This document shows, piece after piece, positions 59,546-64,000 of a stretch of DNA of 64,000 bases. How positions within the stretch are numbered: position 1 is the stretch's first letter; each line of letters starts with the position of its first letter. This DNA comes from Archaeoglobaceae archaeon (GTDB lineage Archaea > Halobacteriota > Archaeoglobi > Archaeoglobales > Archaeoglobaceae), in NCBI GenBank assembly GCA_038882935.1, contig JAVZNF010000003.1, forward strand, positions 1-64,000, given 5' to 3'. The position numbers and the translations under genes were made by a program. Below the pieces are notes generated by a model. It ran no database searches and was not told the DNA's origin. It worked only from the letters and a program-made list of their open reading frames with translations.

Positions 59546-62184
59546 TCCTGAAAGAGCTCGTGTTAAGAAATTTCAAATCGCACTCAAACACGAGGATTAG
59601 GTTCGAGAGAGGGATAAACCTAATCGCGGGAAGGAACGGTGCGGGAAAAAGCTCAATACTTGAAGCAATTCTCGTCGCTCTTTACGGAGTTCGTCCTCCG
59701 CTAAGAAAGGACGATTTAACGAGAGTTGGCGCCACTGACTACAGCATAGAGCTCCAATTCGAGTTGGGAAACAAGAGCTACAAGATAATTAGGAACAGTG
59801 CTGGAAATTCTGAGCTTCGTGGCGACTTTTTATTGGAAGGGGATAAGAGAATAAACGAGTGGGTCGAGAAGAACATATCGCCATTCCATGTTTTCACAGG
59901 AGCAGTTTACGTAAGGCAAGGGGAGATAGAAACGATAATCTCAGACGAAGCTGGTAGGGAGAAGATAATCAGAAAACTAACGAGAATTGAAGACTACGAG
60001 AATGCTTGGAAGAACTTGGGGCTCGTTATAAGAGAACTCGAGGCAGAAATGAAGAGGTATGCGGAGGTTCTGAAACAGAAAGAGGACTGCGAGAAAAGGT
60101 TGAGAGAGAAAGTGAGCGAAATCGAAAAGATTAGCAAGGAGATAGAGGAGACAAAGAGAAATGTTGCTGAATTGAAAAACAAACTTGCTCTCATTGCCAA
60201 AGAGAGGGAGAAGTTCGAGGCAATTAGGGAGCAATTGCTGAAGCTCAGAGAAGAAACTTTGAAAGTCGAAGCAGAGATAAAGGAGTTAAAGAGTAGAGTT
60301 GAGCTACTCGAGTCGCAAAGAAAAGAGCTGGAGGAAAGAAAGAGATTGTTAAGGAGAAAATACGAAAGATTCTTGGAGCTTCAATCTCCGGCAAAACGCT
60401 ACGTGGAGTTGGAGACTCTGCACAAAGAGATCACGAAAGCGATCCAAGAACTCGAAAAGTCACTAAAAAGCTATGAGATCGAAAAGGAGAGGTTGATAAA
60501 CGAGGCAAAAAGATGCGAAGAGGAGAAAGAGAACCTGAGGAAACTAGAGGAGGAGATCGAGAGGACAAAGAGCAAGATCGAGCTTTTGAGAGCAGAGGCT
60601 GAAAAATGGAACTCGATCAAGTCCAAGGTTGACAGAAAGGAGCAGATCGAGAAGATCTTTGCCGAAAAAGGATACAGCGCAGAAAAGATCGAACAGATGT
60701 TTTCAGCAATACAGAAAGCAAGGGAGAGAGATAAAAGTCTAAAAGATGAGCTCGGAAAAGTCCGTGAAGAGAAAGGAGCGCTTGTTTCAGAGGAGAAGAG
60801 ACTTGAAGAAATTCTTGAGAAGTTAAAAACTGCGGAGGGCTCGTGTCCAGTATGTGGTAGAGAGCTCACCGAATCGCACACAAAAGAGTTGTTGGATAAG
60901 TATTCTATGGAGTTAAATAGAGTAAAAGCCAAGATTCTCAAAATTGAAGAGATCGAAAGAAAGCTCGGGGAAGAAAGAAAGAAGATCGAGAACGTTCTTT
61001 CCAAACAAGATGTTGTTCTGAGATACAAACAGCTCGTAGATGAGTTTCGAAAGATAACCGAAAGTCTCAAGGACTTGGATGTCGAGAAGTTGAGAATCGC
61101 TTCGCAAGAAATGGAGAAGTGCGTCGCAAGAATAGAGATGCTGAAAGAATCGCAAGATAGACTTGCCGAGGTTATAAAGAGGGAGGAAGAAGTAAAGAGA
61201 GCACTCGAAACCATAAAGCTCGAGATTGAAAGAATAGAGGATTCGAAAAAGAAGCTAAGAAGTAAACTCAGAGAAGCTGGTTTTTCGGATCTTTTAGAGC
61301 TTGAAAAAGAGCTTGGGAACTTGAGAAGCTCCTATGAGGAGTGGGTTTCGCTTAAAAATTCCGAAATCGAACTAAAAGACGTGGAAGCGAAGATTGAGAT
61401 CGTTTCTTCCGAGATTGACAAAGCAAAGCTGTTTCTTGAACAGAAAATCAAAGACTTCGAGATTGAAAAGACGTTACTAAACAAGGTTGCAACCCAATAC
61501 GATGAAAAAAAGCACAAAGAAGTTGAGAGCGAAGAGAAAAAAATTTCTAACGAGGTCTCGGGATTTGAAGAACGTCTAACAGTTTTGGAGAGAACCTTGG
61601 AAAGTCTTGCGAAAGACAGGGATTACCTAACCAAACAGCTTCAGGTGATCTTGGAAAGTGAAAAGAAGGCTAAAGCAATAGAAAAAGCCTTACCTGAGCT
61701 CGAGAAGATTCGTGAGAAGTTCGCGAGCTATAAGAACATTGTCGCAGAGATTGCGCTGAAAGAAGTAGAAAAGTATGCAAGCGAGATCTTCGAAGAGTTC
61801 ACAAGCGGAAAATACTCGGGGATAAGGTTGAAGAGGGTTACCGAATACGGGAAAGAGAGGTTGAAGATCTTTGTTCTCCACCAAGGCGAAGAGAGAGATA
61901 CAGGATTTTTGAGCGGGGGAGAGCTTGTAGCGCTTGGGATAGCGTTTAGATTGGCCTTGTCGATGTTTGAAGCAAAGGGAAAGATCCCAATACTGATCTT
62001 AGATGAACCAACACCTTTCCTTGATGAAGAAAGAAGGAGGAAGCTCGTCGACATAACCACAGACTACTTGAGAAGGATTCCACAGGTAATCGTTGTTTCG
62101 CATGACGAAGAGTTAAAGGATGCGGCTGACAAAGTCATAACAGTTGACTATCGTGGTGGTGTTTCCTTTGTGGAAGCTCAGTGA
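59542..62184 (+). CDS. rad50: Rad50 ATPase (SMC-like) with a zinc hook
   Basis: 880 aa. Walker A GRNGAGKSS, a long coiled coil, the hook CPVCGREL, the signature LSGGE and D-loop DEPT. ATGA overlap with mre11. Confidence 0.92.
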   Translation: MILKELVLRNFKSHSNTRIRFERGINLIAGRNGAGKSSILEAILVALYGVRPPLRKDDLTRVGATDYSIELQFELGNKSYKIIRNSAGNSELRGDFLLEGDKRINEWVEKNISPFHVFTGAVYVRQGEIETIISDEAGREKIIRKLTRIEDYENAWKNLGLVIRELEAEMKRYAEVLKQKEDCEKRLREKVSEIEKISKEIEETKRNVAELKNKLALIAKEREKFEAIREQLLKLREETLKVEAEIKELKSRVELLESQRKELEERKRLLRRKYERFLELQSPAKRYVELETLHKEITKAIQELEKSLKSYEIEKERLINEAKRCEEEKENLRKLEEEIERTKSKIELLRAEAEKWNSIKSKVDRKEQIEKIFAEKGYSAEKIEQMFSAIQKARERDKSLKDELGKVREEKGALVSEEKRLEEILEKLKTAEGSCPVCGRELTESHTKELLDKYSMELNRVKAKILKIEEIERKLGEERKKIENVLSKQDVVLRYKQLVDEFRKITESLKDLDVEKLRIASQEMEKCVARIEMLKESQDRLAEVIKREEEVKRALETIKLEIERIEDSKKKLRSKLREAGFSDLLELEKELGNLRSSYEEWVSLKNSEIELKDVEAKIEIVSSEIDKAKLFLEQKIKDFEIEKTLLNKVATQYDEKKHKEVESEEKKISNEVSGFEERLTVLERTLESLAKDRDYLTKQLQVILESEKKAKAIEKALPELEKIREKFASYKNIVAEIALKEVEKYASEIFEEFTSGKYSGIRLKRVTEYGKERLKIFVLHQGEERDTGFLSGGELVALGIAFRLALSMFEAKGKIPILILDEPTPFLDEERRRKLVDITTDYLRRIPQVIVVSHDEELKDAADKVITVDYRGGVSFVEAQ

Positions 62185-62188
62185 TGAG

Positions 62189-63274
62189 ATGGTAGAAAGT
62201 CTCGAGAAGGAGATCGAAGAGATTTACAAAAAAGCAGAAGAGTTGGCTAAAAAGGTTAATGGATGGAAAGAGATACCAGCAGCTACAAATTGCGTTGTTT
62301 GCGGAGTAGATGGTAGCAGAGGCATAGAAAGGCTTTCTAGTGCTGTTCTTTACGCGATCTCAGCAGTAGGAGTCGGCAACGAGGTCAGGGAGATGAGCGA
62401 AGTAACAACGCTGAGACCCCATTTGAACGTCGAAGAACGCATAAGGCTCCACATGCACACTTCAGAGTTTAGAGTTGGATGTTTTTCCGAAGAAGAAATG
62501 GTCCTGATCGATGGATCGCTGAGAGGAGCTTTTATACGCCCAGCTTCGTATCCAGAAGACGTAAACAAACTCTACACTAACTATGAGCTTGAAAACTTTG
62601 TTGCAGACTTTGTCGAAGTTCTCGAAGAGCATTTCAAGGACATAGAGAGAGACTTGGCAACGGGAAAAGCGAAAAAAAACTACCTGATCTCGAGAAGCGA
62701 GATTCTGAAATGGATGGAGAATTCATACAGAATTGGCGAGAGAAGTTTCGAGGACTTTACGATACTCGCAGAATATATCGAATATCTCCACTCACTTAAT
62801 CGTTTGCTTGATAAACGTGTTTTCTTTATCGCAAAAAGCTTCTACACACACGAGTTTGACTCAGAAATCTGCGATTCTGCGATCCTCGATGTTTTCGCTC
62901 TAAAAAATTTCGGCTTTCTTAAGTCCGGATATCTCGTTTTTAAACCTTCTTTCAGCAAATCACTGCCTTTTTTCGTTCAGAAAAACAGAAGGCAATTCAA
63001 GAACCTGTTTAAAGAAGTAAACTCTGCCTTTGTCAGACTCGAGGACAACAGCAACATCTACCTGCTCGAAACCACGGAAAAAATAGATGACGAAGTTATC
63101 TCAAAACTAAAAGCTCTTGAATTCGATGGGTATCCGCTTCCCTTGCTCCAAGCACACAAAATTGCAAAGATGAAGAGATCCGAGCTCCGAAATTTGATCG
63201 CGAATATAGTGTCTACACTAAACCCAGAACTCGCACAACTGCTGAGGAGTGGTAGAGACATTCTGGAAGAATAA
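62189..63274 (+). CDS. nurA: NurA 5'-3' nuclease
   Basis: VCGVDGSRG is the NurA catalytic Asp motif. The protein is about 360 aa and starts 4 nt after the rad50 stop. Confidence 0.8.
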   Translation: MVESLEKEIEEIYKKAEELAKKVNGWKEIPAATNCVVCGVDGSRGIERLSSAVLYAISAVGVGNEVREMSEVTTLRPHLNVEERIRLHMHTSEFRVGCFSEEEMVLIDGSLRGAFIRPASYPEDVNKLYTNYELENFVADFVEVLEEHFKDIERDLATGKAKKNYLISRSEILKWMENSYRIGERSFEDFTILAEYIEYLHSLNRLLDKRVFFIAKSFYTHEFDSEICDSAILDVFALKNFGFLKSGYLVFKPSFSKSLPFFVQKNRRQFKNLFKEVNSAFVRLEDNSNIYLLETTEKIDDEVISKLKALEFDGYPLPLLQAHKIAKMKRSELRNLIANIVSTLNPELAQLLRSGRDILEE

Positions 63275-63303
63275 ATCTTAAAATTCCAACATGAGTTATA
63301 GAC

Positions 63304-63780
63304 ATGGAAGAGTTCGAAGCCGAGATAAGGAGAATTCTCGACGAGAAGTTCATAGAAAAATCCAAGAATCTGAAAAAGTCGGGGCACATTTTCAACCCAA
63401 TTTTCTATCTCTTCTTCACACGTCTCGTAGAGCTCTCAGCGATATTCAGGAACATAGTCTTGCCCAGCAGATACGAGATCGAGGAGCTTTTCACGATGAG
63501 AAAGGACTTTCTCCAAATAGACTACAGAACTCTGACCGAGATCATAAAAATAGCATGGATTCACGAAAGAAGCAAGGGCATCGAGTTTAGCTTCAGCAAG
63601 AACACGGATGACTTGCTCTATCTCCTGTACCGAATGGGGAGAATCCAGAAGGAAATCGATACCGCGATAATAAAGCACGCAGAGTGGAAGAAGGAAAAGC
63701 TTATAGAGCTATACATGAGCCTACTGCGCATACTTTTGGAGATCGAGGATGAAATAAATAGGAGTATTGCTACGCAGTGA
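63304..63780 (+). CDS. hypothetical helical protein trailing the nurA gene
   Basis: 158 aa with no recognisable motifs. It starts 30 nt after nurA. Confidence 0.45.
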   Translation: MEEFEAEIRRILDEKFIEKSKNLKKSGHIFNPIFYLFFTRLVELSAIFRNIVLPSRYEIEELFTMRKDFLQIDYRTLTEIIKIAWIHERSKGIEFSFSKNTDDLLYLLYRMGRIQKEIDTAIIKHAEWKKEKLIELYMSLLRILLEIEDEINRSIATQ

Positions 63781-64000
63781 TCTGCTCCGCAGTTTCGTAG
63801 AGTAGCGTTATAAACCTTGCAAAGAATATACCGTAAGCTGGATTTAGAACGAAGTTCAGAACTCCGCCGACAAGTGGGATATTGCTGATTATAAAGTTGA
63901 CAACCGCAAGAGCTACGTAAACGAGCAGCAGTCCAACTATATAATTTCCCCAGCCTATTCGTCGGATGTGCTCGAAAATCGCGGCAAAGTTGAACGCTTC
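63770..64000 (-). CDS. membrane protein, 3' (C-terminal) part; 5' end beyond the window
   Basis: Hand translation of the minus strand gives ...NYIVGLLLVYVALAVVNFIISNIPLVGGVLNFVLNPAYGIFFARFITLLYETAEQITA* with the stop at 63770-63772. Confidence 0.5.
   Translation of the reverse strand, partial: EAFNFAAIFEHIRRIGWGNYIVGLLLVYVALAVVNFIISNIPLVGGVLNFVLNPAYGIFFARFITLLYETAEQITA

Noticed and set aside
60471-61214. 247-aa - strand ORF inside rad50
   Set aside because: It is antisense to the rad50 coiled-coil region, and its Ser/Phe-rich low-complexity translation reflects the E/K-rich sense strand.

Overview
This 64 kb window is a densely coding stretch of an archaeal chromosome, about 47% GC, with archaeal BRE/TATA promoters, oligo-T terminators and many ATGA/TGATG start-stop overlaps. 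The gene content and one regulatory motif point to an Archaeoglobus-like euryarchaeon. I call about 68 protein genes on both strands and see no rRNA, tRNA, CRISPR array, transposase or prophage.

Most of the content is housekeeping:
- Cofactor and amino-acid metabolism: hemA-hemB, pdxS-pdxT, a GHMP kinase (probably pantoate kinase) coupled to coaBC, aroC, guaA, uppS, pyrD, dut/dcd, surE, rpiA, ftr.
- Translation: hisS, tyrS, class-I lysS, aRF1.
- Transport and export: trkA-trkH, tatC.
- Replication: DnaG primase.

Five regions stand out:
- A nitrogen-assimilation island (33.1-43.1 kb): amt-glnK with a divergent RHH regulator, followed by a split archaeal glutamate synthase operon (gltB1/gltB2/gltB3). 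The operon is preceded by a 2x[4Fe-4S] ferredoxin and an FAD/NAD(P) oxidoreductase, which I propose as the missing electron-input module. It also carries an extra class-I amidotransferase and a second GltB2-like paralog, and has TACGTTT direct repeats in its promoter.
- An encapsulin shell protein with an N-terminal EncFtn/ferritin-like domain (30352-31362), translationally coupled to an ASCH-domain gene and next to a minimal VKOR homolog.
- An hsr1-cdc48-hsp20 heat-shock operon whose promoter carries the CTAAC-N5-GTTAG palindrome described for A. fulgidus HSR1 (48509-48523).
- A herA-mre11-rad50-nurA operon that opens with a 213-aa gene resembling a catalytically degenerate tyrosine-recombinase core. 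Two further orphan genes flank the operon.
- A gene string in which two amidohydrolases (HDAC-like and nitrilase-like) are fused by overlaps to the CoA-pathway kinase and coaBC.

Smaller items: a leaderless 61-aa very basic ORF, an 8-cluster polyferredoxin, and an identical 12-mer TATA element shared by two divergent promoters.
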